Positions 38,894 through 59,800 are shown, counted from the stretch's first letter. The stretch: DNA of 64,000 nt from Zygnema circumcarinatum SAG 698-1b (GCA_037447605.1 CM074810.1:3444880-3508879); one strand, 5' to 3'. The notes: generated from the sequence alone by a model not told the origin. Numbers and translations are program-made.

Positions 38894-41800
38894 ATGGCCG
38901 CCCGCGGGCTCCTCCCTGCGCTATGCGCACTCCTCCTACTCGTCCCGCCGATCGCGCCGTTGACTGCGCCGTGGATTGCGCCGTGGATTGCGGGGGGCAT
39001 TCCGGAGGTGCCACGTGTTGGGGGAGGAGTGCGGAGGGTTCAGGGGGCGGAGGGAGGGGAGGAGGCGAGGGTTCAGGGCCTCACGGAGGTGTGCTGGGAC
39101 GGCGCGTTGGAGGACTGGCGGAGGGAGGAAGGAAATGGGACTTTCCGAATTCGGGTCGCAGGTTCGATTCTCAATGTGGGACTGTTGGGTTTTCGGCTGA
39201 AGCGGGGATGGGGGNNNNNNNNNNGGGGGAAGTGGGGAGGGAGCATGTGGGGCATGGGAGGGTCTGGGGGGGCATGGCGGGGGATGAGCGGGGATGGGGG
39301 AGCATGGGGGCATGGGGGGGCATGGGGGGGGATGAGCGGGGATGGGGGAGCATGGGGGGATGGGGAGAAATGGGGGGGCATGAGGGGGGGTGGGGGGGAA
39401 TGGGGGGTTAAGGGCGGGGATGGGGGGGAAGATGGGGGAGGGGGGTTGGGAGAGAATGGGGGGGGATGGGAGGCAGAGAGGAGTGAGATGGTGGGAAGAG
39501 GAGGGGGGGGGGGGGGGGCGGCGGAGAAGAGGGTGCTAGTGGGAGGGGGGTTGTATGGGGAAGAGTGACAGGAGAGAGGGGGGAATTAGGGGGGGGAGGG
39601 AGAGGGAGAGGAGAGAGGAAAGAGGAGGTGAAGCTGGGGGTGGAAGGGAAGGGAGAGGGGGAAAGAGGGGGAAATTGAAGGGGAGGGAGAGGGGGAAAGA
39701 GGGGGAAATTGAAGGGGAGGGAGAGGGTGGGAGGGAGAGGGGGAGTATTGAGCGGGAGAGTGAGAGGGAGGGAAACTGGGTGGGAGTGCAGAAGATGTGG
39801 GGAAGCGTCGAGGGGTGTCGGAGAGCGGAAAGAAAGGTAGAGCGCATGAGAGGGTGAGAGGGACAGGAGAGAGAGAGGTGGGAGAGAAGAGAGGATAGCG
39901 AGAGGGAAGAAAGTTGACAATTCATTTCACATGTGATATGTGGAACACGAAATTTAGGGATTTCGCGACTGTTTAGGGTTTCTTTTTAGGGTTTGGGGTT
40001 GTGCAGGCCATGGCTGCCGGGGATGCCTTGTGGGGCAGCGCTGCTCCTTTACTCTCCAGTTTGAAAACTCAGTTTTTTTCCAAAAACCGGAGCGGAAGAA
40101 GGGGGGCCACCGCTGGAATCGAACGGGAGCAGCCAATAGGAGGCGAGGGAAACGCCGGAAATTAAGGAATGAAATAAATGATGAAAGTTATTTTGATAAC
40201 GAGCCGCCCGCTGAACTCCAAAGGGAAATAATGGCAATTTTGACAGGTGGGTTTATTTTCCACGTGGCGCCTTGCCATTGGGTTAGAAATCCTTTAATGT
40301 TCAATTGTATCCCTTGGCTTTCTCTGATTTTTCTTTTTTAAAAATAAGTATTTATAGAATTTGTTGTTGTTGGGGGGGGGGGGGGGTTTAACAGGGCCAA
40401 CAAAGCATGCTGCTGACGTCACATTGAATGGAAGTTACTCAGAACCTTCCGACCAATTTCAATTTTCGTATGAAATTTCGTACCAGATTTGGGACGTCGG
40501 ACCGTACGAAATGGAAATTTTTTCCGACTGTTCCATGTGAGTTTCTTTCTGCGTTCAATTTTTGTGGTTAGGTCGTCCATATTGCTATTTTATCATATGA
40601 ATTCTAAATAAATTTCCATTTCACTATTCAATAAATCGAAAATATCTTTCCTTCGTATTCGAGCGCTCGATCTCTGTCCTACGGGAAGGTTTCATGGCAC
40701 CTGACGTCATATGCTAACGTAGCGTGACGTCATGTGCCGACGTAGCGTGGCGTCACATGAGAACAGAGCGTCATCTGCTGCCGTAACTTGACGTCATATG
40801 CTGACGTAGTATGCCGCCATATGCTACATGCGGACGAAGCAGAACGTCATGTGCTGGCGTAACGTGACGTCACATGAGGACGTAGCGTCAAGTTATATGC
40901 TGCTGTAGCATATATAACTGACGTTGTATGACGTCAGACGTAAAAGTGGGGACGGTTTCTGGTTTCTGGATCAAAACCAAAAACAGGAAACGGTTTGTGG
41001 TTTGCGAACCGGACGCGTTTTTACAAACCCTAAAAAAAAACTAAAATATGGTCTCCAGTCAAAGCGCAACTCTTCAACCAATTGACGCGTCGCCACGTGG
41101 CGCAAATTCTGTTTTTTCTGCAGGGGACCAGACGACGTGTACGGCTACCACACAATCGCAAAATTTCCAGTGAAAATTTCCGCACCTGCCCCGCGGTCAG
41201 CATCAAACGATTTCGGGAGCGACGCTTGCCTTTCCGGCCAATCCGGAAGGTGGGTCGACGCCACGTTACAAAATTTTGGCGGACTTGACGAAAAAAATTT
41301 GACTGATGATAATACGGCGGAATCGAAGTGGAAATTTTTTCCATATGATTGTACGGAAAAATGGGCGGAAAATGTGTCGGAATTTGTGCAAGGCATGCAC
41401 CGACGGGACATCCGTGAAATATTTTTCGCCGGCGATTCGATGACGCGCGTTTTGGCGCACCACCTCCACTTCATGTTTGCGGGTAATGAGATGGGCTGAG
41501 CTCTCTCTCTCTCCCTCCTCTCTCTCGCTCGCTCTCTCTCTCTCTGCCTCTCCCACTCGCTCTCCCTCACCTTCTCCTTCTCTTGATCCTTCTCCCCTCT
41601 CTCTCTCGTTCTCTCCCTCTCTCTCGCTCTCCCCCTCCCTCTCCTATTCTCTCCCTCTCTCCTCCCTCACCATCTCCCTCTCCTTCCCGCACCCCGTCCC
41701 CCTCCCTCCCTCCCCTTCTTTCACGCTCTAACTCACTCCCTCTCCTCCTATCTCTACTCCCCTCTCTCTCTCTCTCCCCCCCTCCTCTCTCTCTCTCCGT

Positions 41801-42685
41801 CTCGCTCCCTTCCCTCCCCCCCTTTCCCTCTCCCTCTCTCCCTCCCTCACGCCACGTGGCGTCCCTACAGGGCCTGACGCCGAGCCAGTCAACCGGCACG
41901 CCCTGTTCCATGTGTGGGACGTAACGGACCCCGTCACCAATCTCGCCGTGCGCCTCAACTGGACCTTTGTGGACGGAATTTACGCTAACGGCGAGCATGG
42001 ATGCGCCGACCAGGGCCTCTTCACGCACTCCACATATAACGCCTCCGTTACCGTTCCAGAAACCGCCGACCTCATCGTCTTGGGGGCCGGCACGTGGGCC
42101 GCAACGGTGAGAAAAAAAGTTTAAAACTTAGAAAAAATTAGGGTTAGGAAACAATGGGGTTTTCGGGGTGAGGGGGGGGGGGGAGGGGGTATTTGGGGTG
42201 TATTTGTACTATATTTAAGGGCTCCCTCCTCGTCCTTATGAAGGGGTAATATAGATTAGATTAGATTTAGATTTTAGAATTAGATTTTAGATTTTTTTTC
42301 TTTGTCCTTATTTAATTTCTTAATTTTGGTTTTGCAGTTGTGTAAGAGGTGGGACCTCGCCTACTCCGAGCATCTCCCCCGATTCGTTGACTTTGTTTTG
42401 AGTCAACGGCAAAAGTCAACGGCCCGCGTCGTGTGGCGGAGCGTGCCGCCCTATCCCGTGCGCGAAGTCAACGCCTGCGAACACGTGCACAACACAAGGA
42501 TCGCGTGGATGAACAATGTCGCCAGGTGGGCTACGATTGGGCCCACTCCTCCCCCTCTCTTTCGCACTCTCTCTCCCTCTCTCTCTCACTCTCACTCTCG
42601 CTCCATCTCTCTCTCTCCCTCTCTCTTCCTTTCTCTTTCTCTCCCTCTCTCGCTCTCTCACTCTCACACTCTCTCTTTCTCCCTT

Positions 42686-42720
<35 letters not shown>

Positions 42721-43218
42721 CTCTCTCTCTGCGCCTCTCCCACTCGTTCTCTCTCTCCCTTTCTCTCTCTCCAATTTATGGAACCCTAATTCGTCGTCGT
42801 TGAGACGCTGACCCCTCAAGGCTTAGTCCTTATATAGCCCTAACCCTAAACCCTAATTCCCGGACCCCACCGCCTCGTGCTTTGTTTGCATCCATCCGTA
42901 CGCCCTTACCTTTTGCCATTTTTTCTTTGTTTGATGAAAAAAACACCATGTTTCAAAAACATTGTTTTGGGTCTTTTTTTTTTTTTTTTTTTTTTGTGGG
43001 GCTGTAGGCGCGTGGCCGAATCGCGTGGCGTGACTTATCTTGACTTTTGGCCCGTGGAGGCCCCCCGCTATTTGGACACGTGTCGGCGCGAGAACATGCA
43101 GGGGCGGTGGCACAAAGACATCCACTTCTCGTGCATGCGCGCGGACATGCGCCACGTGGTCGGGGCGGTGGGGGAGGCCGTGGTGCGCCGCTTCCTGCAC
43201 TTCCTGCTCAGCGTGTGA
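38894..43218 (+). CDS. NXPE/PC-esterase-like SGNH O-acyltransferase or esterase with signal anchor and Ig-like N-terminal domain (~547 aa)
   Basis: Exons 38894-39161, 40007-40246, 40395-40536, 41124-41482, 41871-42106, 42338-42525, 43008-43218 total 1644 nt in frame. Motifs: IFFAGDSMTR (GDS nucleophile), DLIVLGAGTW, VVWRS, YLDFW, KDIHFSC (DxH). The LTGPTKHAADV..Y..GPYEMEI segment resembles a beta-sandwich. Confidence 0.8.
40700..40940. repeat. Intronic minisatellite carrying TGACGTCA palindromes
   Basis: Perfect TGACGTCA at 40702, 40725, 40789, 40865 and 40929 within degenerate ~23-bp units. Confidence 0.8.
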
Positions 43219-44221
43219 GGGAGGGAGAGGGAGGGGGAGAGGGAGGGAGAGAGGGAGGGAGAGAGGGGGTGGGGGAGAGGGGGAGAGAGGGAAAGAGGGA
43301 GAGAGGGAGCGAGGGAGAGGGAGAGAGAGGGGAGAGGGAGAGGGAGAGAGGGGAAGTGGGATGGGGAGGGAGAGAGGGAAAGTGGGAGAAGGAGAGGGAA
43401 AGGGAGAGAGGGGAAGGGAGAGAGGGGAAGGGAGAGAGGGAGAGGGAGAGAGGGGAAGTGGGAGGGGGAAAGAGGGAGAGAGGGAGAGGGAGAGAGGGGA
43501 GAGGGAGAGGGACAGAGGGAAAGAGGGAGAGGGAGAGTGAGAGTGAGAGGGAGAGGGAGAGGGAGAGGGAGAGGGAGAGGGAGAGGGAGAGGGAGAGGGA
43601 GAGGGAGGGAGAGGAGAGGGAGAGGCAGAGGGAGAGGCAGAGGGAGAGGGAGAGGGCGGGGCCGAGGGCGAGCGAGAAAGGGAGCGGGAGAGAGAGGAGG
43701 GAGAATTGGTTCCATTGATTTAGATTTATCACCACTCTACAGAGGGCAGATTTTGGGTGTCAGGCGGAGTTTAGTGTTTAATGTTTTGGCGTTCGGAGGT
43801 TTCGTTGTGCGTCCATCCATCGATGCACGCAATTGAGGGTTGGGAGGGACATTTGTGCTTTCTTTTACTTGTTATTATTTTGAGAACTTTGCTTAAAGAC
43901 TTTTGGACCTTTGGCCTTTTCATGGGTGCGTTTGACTTGACGGAAAAGAAATACCACTAGCGAGCTTGTTAGGGTTGAGCCATTTCATGGGAACAAGTTC
44001 CACAACAGAACACAAATCCTTCAATGCAAATTTAGGGTCTACAACAACAACACAAAAAAATCCTCAACGACCATACAATACAGTGGGTGTGGTTCGACTA
44101 GGACAACCGAAAGCCTTCTAAACACTGAAAAATATTTTACAATTCCTCCGAAGTACATACAAAACCCACTCGCTCTTCTGCTCTTACAAGCGGTCCTAGC
44201 TGAACCCTTCACCCTACACCC

Positions 44222-44311
44222 TACTCCCTAGACCCTAAACCCTGAACCCCGAACCCTGAACCCTGAACCTTAAACCCTAAACCCTAAACCCTAAACCCTA
44301 AACCCTGAACC
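44222..44311. repeat. Short interstitial telomeric array (CCCTAAA/CCCTGAA)n
   Basis: It abuts the stop codon of the alpha/beta hydrolase gene. Confidence 0.9.
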
Positions 44312-50760
<6,449 letters not shown>

Positions 50761-52743
50761 GACGGGAGGAGCGAGAGAGAGAGAGGGGGAGAGAGAGTGA
50801 GAGGGGGAGGAGAGAGAGAGGGAGGGAGAGAGAGAGGGAGAGAGAGACACAGATGGTGGGGAGAAAGAGAGGGAGAGCGGGAGAGAGGGGGGGAAGAGAG
50901 GGAGGGGGAGTGAGGGACAGAGAGAGAGAGTGAGCCACGTGGCGAGTCCTCAGGGCGGTTCTCCCCCGAGCCTGGGCCCTGGGCCCGGGGGCAGTGGCGC
51001 TTTTGTACGGATTGGTTGTACGGAGTGAAGCCACTGGACGGATTGTGTACCAACCGTACGTGCCTACGTACGGCATTGGGCGCCAAAAAAAAGAGAGAGA
51101 AAGAGAAAGTGAAAGAAGAAAAAGAGAGAAGAAAAAGAATCGAGAATGATCTATTCAAGGCATTGTACCAATGTTAGTTAACATGTGGCTAGAATTGCAG
51201 AAAACTGATCGTTGATTGGTTGATGGACATACAATTTTATTTTATTTCTTATAAATGAAAATTGAGATGTGGCATTGGTCTCACTATGGCGATGATGCCA
51301 TCAAATGTGCATGGCCAACATCAGCATGGGGAACCACGAAGAATTGGTCTGGCTTGCATGGAAATGCAAAGGAATTGATCTCACGATGGTGATGATGCCA
51401 TCAAATGTACATGGACAGCATCAGCATGGGAAAGGAACCACGAGGAACACCTGGGCGCAAAGGACCTAAGGACAAAAGAAAGGAGCTTGGGAGCAAGTTC
51501 TACGGCTCGGCTCAACACCGCTTCAAGCCCTCTCTAGAAGTCAACAAGGCAGCGCCTCAATGGGGGATCGGAGATGTGGCCAATGGAGTTCCAAGCATGT
51601 TAGGGAAGGTGTCCGTACGGTCTGGCCGGCGGTTGCAGCAGACGCAGGGGAGGGGTTGAGTTTTGGGGAACTTGCGCGCATGCAAGTGGGACATGGCTCT
51701 AGTGCTGGGAGGGCGGCCGTGGGAGGGCATGCGAGGGGTGGGCGGTGGCGCGCTCTCATGCTAGCTCATGAAAACAATGCTTCAGGATCTATAGCCAAAG
51801 CAACTTTCAGTGGCTGATTTGAGAGAGAATTGAACGGATCTTGGCACCGAATTGGCTATTGTGAGAAGGTCCTGGGAATGTAAGAGGATTTGTTGGAGAG
51901 CTTGAATGGAGGCATCGCCACCATTGAATTAGTGGAATCAGAACATTGTCACAAATACCTGTTTTTGTTATTGTTCATGTTGTTGTTGAACAACAGTGTC
52001 CACATTCACGTCGAGGTGAGAGTTGTGGCATTGTTCTCCAAGGAGGGTTTCACGTCCACCCCAAACCTTACAGCCCCATATTCAGCCGCCGTACATAAAG
52101 TGCGTCCAAAAGGCATACGGACCGTACAGATTGTACTGTACGGTGATCGGCGACAGCCAATAAGGACTCGACACGTGGATGCCTGAAGAGCTCCTCCCTG
52201 GGAGCTGTATGGCATCCATGGTTCAATGGCTGCTTTTCAAGGTGCTGCTGGCAGTGGGGGCTGCGTGTTGCTTGCCGCCATGGCTTCCAAGACTTATTGC
52301 ACGGAATGGCGGCGGCTGAAACCTTGCCTGAAGGACAGCATGTGACTGCATTGACGGAGGGAGGCATTTCTCTTTTTTTTGGGGCCCGAATATGCTTGTA
52401 AAACACTCGTCAAGAAGGCAATCCCAAGATGAACAAATTCTCTTTTTGAAACCTGTTCCGTGAATTTTTATCGGGTAATGAATTTCTGGCTTATCAGATT
52501 TCTCCTGCTGGCCTTTTGCTCTCCTCTAGAAGCTCCAGATGTTAGCCAGCTGTGCAGAAATTAGGGTTTGTTGTACGATAACAGCTTGACAGCTGTTCTC
52601 GTTATCGAAAAAAGCGAGCGATTCCCGAAATCTGCGAGGCTCTTCAACATCAACATTCGTCCTTGTTGTTGAACATTCACCAATATTTGTTTCACTGCCC
52701 TTTGGAAGGCATCGTCTGCATTTGAAGTATTGACTGCCAGAAA

Positions 52744-53800
52744 ATGGGAGACCCTGTTAGTAGCGCTTCTGCTGCAGAAGCTTCTGCTGAATGGAAGGAC
52801 GGTGGTGCTAGAGCATTTGCCTTGCAAGGGAATGTTTCAGCTCAAGCAGAATGCTGGGAAGTTGCTGAACGCCGCATTCAGCAGCTGATAGAAAGAATTC
52901 AGCCTACCAAGAGAGCAGAAGAAAGGAGGAATGCTGTTTCTAAGTATGTGCAGTCCTTGATTCGCAAGTGCATCGACTGCCATGTAAGTATTTTAATTCC
53001 AGCTCTTGCCTTCACGACAAAGCACTAGCTTACCAGTATTTCGACGTATTTCGACGTAGAACGCTGAGAATCTGAAATTTCTGGCTTATTTTAAAGCCTA
53101 GCCTGCCAGTATTTTGACATATTTTGACGTACTTCGATGTAGAACGCTGAGAATCTGAAAGCCTAGCTTATTTGAAGCTATACTTTTCTGGCAGGTCTTT
53201 ATGTTTGGCTCTGTGCCGCTGAAGACATACCTTCCCGATGGCGACATTGACTTGACAGCCTTTTCTCGGCATCAGAATGTGAAGGATGCCTGGGCAAATG
53301 AAGTGAAGGCGGTTTTGGAAGCGGAAGAGCAGAAGCATGACGCTGTGTTTCGAGTGAAGGAGGTCCAATACATTCAAGCTGAGGTCGGATTTTCTCAGAG
53401 AGACTTTATTTCATCAAACCCCGCATTCCACGTTCAGAAAGTGAAGTATGAGATAATATGCGTGGCAGTTCTGCATGTCTGTTGCACCTGAAATGGTTCT
53501 TGAATAATTCTTGGCGTCCGTGTTCAGGTGAAGATTATCAAGTGCCTGGTGGAGAACATTGTTGTAGACGTATCTTTCAATCAACTGGGAGGACTTTGCA
53601 CTTTGTGTTTTCTAGAGGAGGTAAGTCATGGTTTAGGCTAGTCGAGCATGTCATAGTTACGGTGAAAAATCGTTGGTTAGGGTGTCACAAATCTTCAACA
53701 AAAACTACGCCACAGGCAGTTTTTGTCCTATAAATTCACCTGCGCTGTTTGTTGTGTACAAACCTACTCAGGGAACTCGATTTTAATATGCCTGAATTAT

Positions 53801-53878
<78 letters not shown>

Positions 53879-56800
53879 AGAGAAGGTGAAGCTTTTGGTA
53901 TTGACTTGCTTGTGATTGAGCTAGTGCCTTGTTCAAAGCTTGCAGGTGGATCGACTAATAGGACGCAATCACTTATTCAAGCGAAGCATTATACTAGTTA
54001 AGGCTTGGTGTTATTATGAGAGCCGCATTCTTGGTGCTCATCATGGCCTCATTTCCACTTATGGACTGGAGACTTTGGTGCTGTATATCTTCAATGTATT
54101 CCATGCAAGCCTCAAGGGTCCCCTGCAGGTACGTTCAAACATGGTCTGTCGGTCAAGTGCTTAGTCGTGGTTGTAGTACGCTTGTGGTCATGTGCATGGT
54201 CGTGGTATGGTCATGGTCATGTGGATTGTCGTAGTCATAGTCACAATCATGGTCATGACTATGGTGCTAGTATGATTACGGTCATGACCACAGTTACGGT
54301 TTTAAAATGTGGTATTGCACGATCGTGGCTATTTTTGCAGTCGTGCTCGTGAACGCAGTCTCTGGTCACGCTTGTAGCCATTGGTTTGACATGATGGTGA
54401 TTGACCTTAGTTTCGTTTTTGGAAATGGGCACAGAAACATACGATAGTGTTTTTGGCTCTCTGAGATTTTCATCAGTTCAAAATCTGCACAATATACTGC
54501 AGCTGAATGTTTAGTGGATAAATAAAAACTTGAGATCCACGTAAGGGACTGTTCCCATAATTGCACAGCTGCCTCTTTTTTGGTATCTGCAGGTGCTTCT
54601 CAAGTTTCTGGAGTTTTTCAGTACTTTTGACTGGGACAATTACTGCGTTAGTCTTCGTGGACCTGTCCCATTGGCTTCACTTCCCAAAATTTTGGGTAGG
54701 TTCTCCTTTACCTTTCTTTTTCTTACAGCTCAACTTCAATCTAAAATTTTATGTTGAGAGTTTATTCGAGGGATAATGAAGTTACCTGCATGTTTTGCTC
54801 CTCGTCTCTGTGCCTGACAGTCCCTTACCCCTCCATCGCTTCTCCCATCTGCCGTGATGCTAGGGCTCCCACCTCCCTTTCCTTCTGTTAGCTCCCTTTC
54901 TTCTTATTCCCTTCCCTCCCTCATTCATCTTGAGGCTTCACTCTAATTGCCTTGGAGCCGTCGGAGGGGAGCAGCCGAGATTAAGGGCTGGTTGCTGTTC
55001 CAAAATCAATGATATGGAGTTTAAACGAAAAGGACTGGGGACTTTTATAAGGATGGCAGCTGTGGCTTAACTCCTTTTCCATTCGACAACCCGTTGCATT
55101 GAAACTTATAAGGCTTCGTGTTCATCTGCTGAATTGGAATCTTACATACAATGAATTTGCTGATTCTGTGCAGCTCAACCTCCTGCAGGAGATGGGGGCG
55201 ACCTGCTGCTCCATGAGGAATTTTTGGCGGAGTGTACAGCCAACTATTCAGTCAATAGAGGCCTTCCAGATGCGAAAGATCGCCAGTTTGCTCCTAAGTT
55301 CATGAATGTTATCGATCCTCTTCTTGACTCCAACAATCTTGGACGGAGCGTGAGTAAAGGTTAGTCGACTAACTTGACTAGTTCAATTGCATGTGCCGAT
55401 CACCGCGTGGTTGAATTCTTTCAATGCCTTAACTTCTCGATGAATGCATGAGGAGCTGCTGCAGAGCTTGAATGGAAAACAATTTAGGAAAGGGCGAACG
55501 AGACGTTGGAAAATAATTTCATCAAGTCGAGTCGCCGAGGGAAGCAGTTGCTTGATTAGCCTACCTTTGATTAAGCATGCAAAAATTTCTTAACCACTCG
55601 TTTGAGCACATAAGTTGTGGATCAACAGTGGAAATGAGTGGGTTGTGTTGCAGGAAACTTCCATCGGATACGTAGTGCCTTCGCTTACGCTGCAAAAAAG
55701 CTTACGGGTATTCTTACTGGCCCAGAGGGGAGTGTAGTAGAAGAACTTGACAGTTTTTTCAGGAATACTTGGGAGCGGAACAAATTAGGGTTACGTCCAG
55801 ATGCGCCAAAGCCAATCCCAGGAAGACAGCTGTACAGCTATCCAACTTTAGCACAGAATTTGCATTTGAATGGGAGGGTTCCCGGAGTGGCGAATTTGAT
55901 GGTGCCAACTTCGCGAAATAGTGGAGGCATGGATAGAAGGGAAGAAGAGTCTGGAGAACTTCGTAGAGGACCTGCTCTTCCCGATCGATTAAATGGGACT
56001 GTTCCATATGCAGGCCCAATCACTTGGCATAGTACTATTCCTTCACTTATCCCCAGACCGCCTGGGGAGTTGAACCACTTAGGTTGGTCTCCAGAATTGA
56101 CCTCGAGAGTTCTTAAGGAGGCAGAACAACAAGGATATGATCCAGTATTATTGGCGCAGCTTAGAAGCACTTGGGAAGATGCCAATGGAGAGTTGAGTTT
56201 GCAGGTGGGAAATCTTGATCCACGTGTGGGTTTTGCAGGGATGAGAAAGGGAGAGCAGGGGGGAATGGATCAAAATCCTATGTTGGGGGTTTGGAATGGA
56301 GTTGCGGCTGTGAATTCGAATTGGGAATCTGCACGACAAGGAGGAGGACAATCGGAAAGGCAAGAATCAGAAAAATGGGGAACAAAAAGCAGTTGGAGGC
56401 ATGGAGAAGGGCAGGGTCCGTTGGCGTTACCGTTACACCCGGAAGGGAGCAGGGAGGCCATTAGGGAGTTGACACCTGGCGAGGCTCGAGCGTCTGAGGG
56501 TCTCCAAGAAAGTGGGCAGGACCGTGCTCAGGGACAGGAGGAGTTGGGAAATGAAGGGCTGCTTGATGCTGTCAGGTCTAGTGAGGAGAGGCAAGTGAGA
56601 GAGAGAGAAAGCGAAGGGGAAAGGGCAAGAGATGGCAACAACCCCATGGAAGTTGCGAATGGTTCCTCTGGAGGGAAGGAACTTTTCCAGGTGTTGCCCA
56701 AAAAGCCGGTGAGGAAGAATGAGGAAGAAGCAAAAAGACTAAAGTGAATTTTTCAGAAATTAACTACTAAAAGTGTGAGAAAGCATAGGTTTTCCTCAAA

Positions 56801-59800
56801 GCCTCTCTTCTTGGGTAACGAGAGCAACCCTCGAAGAAATACTATACAAAAATACAACATACGAACCCTAATTGCCTACATATGGATGCAGATTTGTAGA
56901 ATGTGCAATCATTTTTCTATTTTGTAGCTTGTCTGCTTATAGAACTTGCCAGGTCTGCCCAATTTCATCGATGTGGGATTTGACATGAACTACTTTTAGA
57001 GGCAGGCTTACGCAGATTCAAACCTATATTCAATGTGTATAATTTGATGCACGGGCCGATAGAATAGGTTAACGAATTGTGGCATCGTATTCATGTATGT
57101 CTGGCAAAGCCTTCGGTACATGTGACATCTTTTGCTAAGGTCACTGATTCTAAAATTGGTCTTTGAGCACAGGGATCGATATCTGAGACTGCCCCAATGC
57201 GAGTGATGCCCCCTCATGCACCTCCAAGTGCACGAAGAAGTGCTCACTCTATTACTCCGGAAGCCTCTCCTCCCGATAACGACCAATCCACCACTATTCA
57301 TGTCCTCCCAGAAAACCAATCGTTGTACTTGCAAGAAACTGTTTCTGGGTCTAGACAAGTAGCCAACAACGTCGGAAATTCTATGGATATGTCCCATACA
57401 AGAGGAATTCCCCAGCCTCCTTATGCAGGTAGACCAGCTGCTGCTAGACGGTTGGCTACTGCTATCACTTCAGGTCCGGGACGAGGCTTCTCAGGCACGG
57501 AAATGGACGATGAGGAATTGGTGAAAGCTGAAAGGAGGAAAGATCGGCACGTCTCAATGCAATCTCAACAAAGTCAAAGTCAACATCAACATCAAGGAAA
57601 GCAGGCAGTCGAGAGAGGCTCGTCTGACGACCTTGCGCGTCAAGAAAATGCGAGTGAGCAAGTAGTAGTTCATAATTCTGTGGTAAATCCTAACTCTGGC
57701 AGTAACAACCAGTTGCCTCGTTCAGCTTTAAGAGTTCACATCCCTGATCAAAACAAATTTCCATTTTTGGCTCCATCCCCGACTGCAGCGCAGCGGGCCT
57801 CAATTGCAAGCCTTCCGTACGGTGGAGTGTTTCTCAACTCCGTACAAGGGGGTGGGTGGATGCAGCAGAGAGGGGGAGTTCGGGGAGGAATAGGAGATAC
57901 CAACTTGGATACACTTCTTCCTAAAGCGAACGGGCATTTAGGGACTCAGATTGAGGCAAGCCAACATCAGAATGGAAGCAAGTTGATACCTCCAGAAAGC
58001 GCAGAGAAGGGACAAGTGGCAGCAAAGGATATGGAGACAGTATCAGCAGCTAGAGGGGAGCAGGGAAAAGGGTTATCTGGAAGCAATCACGGTTCAAATG
58101 TGGAGAGCAAGCGAGATGCGAAAGACGGGCTTGATAGCGATGAGCCTGTGTCAACTGATGCCCACCCCACACTTGATTCAAGGCTTGAAGACAGGAAGAA
58201 AAATGATCGAACTCCTGAAAGCATGCTTGCAAGGACGATAGATTCTGGTGGCCATGAAGGGATTAATGCTCCTCCACCTACTCTTTCACAAGTAGCAGTT
58301 GAAAGAAGCTCCGCGTATCCACAACTGATGGCTTCTCCTGGGAATGCAGCTGCTCCTCCCCTTCCTATCATGCCGCTCGGATTTGTACACTCCCATGGAA
58401 TCAGCCCCCCCCGCACGGCTGCTTTAGCTGTAGCCGGGTCCCCCATAGACATGCCGGGACTCCCAACCCATGCTTCCTCTATGCAACCTTCATCTACCTC
58501 ACATATGCCGCCGCATATTGTACCTCGTCCAGGAGTTATGTTATCTGGTGGAAATCCCTCTCAGGCAGCATCACCATTCATGATGGCATCCTCACATGCA
58601 TCCAGTCCTCCAAATCCTCTTTTCTCAATGGCAGGGGTGCCTACAGCATATGGGGTTCTTCCAATTCGACATGGCGGCCTGCCAACCGTTGATCCTGGGT
58701 TTCAGTTTATTGGAGTCGGAGCTATGCAGAGGCCTCCTTCTCTACCTGGAATGCAGTTGGCTGGAATGGCACAAGGGTCCTTTTCTCCACAGTACCCTTT
58801 GATGGCTGTATATAGTCCGCAGGGCTCCTTCTCACATCTGCAATATTCGTACATTGTGGGGGTTCATCCGGAGGAGGTAGAAGGCTTCCACTCGCGCTTG
58901 GATATGACAGGTGGGGCCCTGAGCAGAACCGGAAGCTCAGGGAGTCTGGATAGTAATGGAGATGTATTTCTTAACGGAGGAAACGGCGATTTGTTTGGTG
59001 GTATTGGTGGCCTACCAGAGGGTAGACTGCAGGCTCAAGGAGAGGTAGGAATGAGTACCGGCATTCCATTACAAGGAGGAGATGCACGAGCGGTGGTAAA
59101 CAATGGAGAGGTTGGAGTGCCAACTGCGGAATGCTCTCAAGAAGATTTTCTCAGTGGAGATTTCGATGCCCATCGTGTCAATCTTGAGTTTGGAAGAAGA
59201 TGCCAAACCTCAAAACTAAACGGCTCTAGTGGGCCCTCCCCCCTCGCCTCTCTTCCAATTGGGGCAGTCTCTAATAGCAGAGCAAAGGACAGTAGAAGTG
59301 GGTCAAACTCTTCACTTGGGCCAAGCCCTCTAGGCCTCGGTTCAGGGCCTACGCTAACCGCTACTCTTAATGGGGGCATTTCTTCGTTAAATTTAGGGCC
59401 CCCTCAAAGTGGACCCGGCGCGTTTTCTCAAAGAGATCGTTTTCAACGTTCGGCCTCTATGCCTGGTAACGGAGCTCTGTCAGCTGCCGGTAGCAGAAAC
59501 GCATATGCAGAGGAGATGGGTTGGAATATTCGGGGAGGACCTGGAGGGGTTTACCCAGGTACTGGAGTATTTCCAACTGTGAATGCAGCGTATGGCCATA
59601 TGGCAGGTGGCTTCAGTGATGCAGCAAGTGGCTACCCACTCACTGGACAATTCGTGGGAAATTTGGTGCGTGCAACAAGCCCTTTTTGTGGCATCCTATG
59701 AAAAGAGGGGGGGAGAGAGAGAGAGAGAGATGGGAGGGGAGGGAGGCAGCGGCATGGAAGTTGAAACGTGACTGTGCTTTTCTAGCCTTGGAACACAAGC

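Noticed and set aside
51277-51445. ~100-bp tandem duplication, and a ~70-bp one at 53035-53170
   Set aside because: They are real but simple local duplications with no coding or TE signature.
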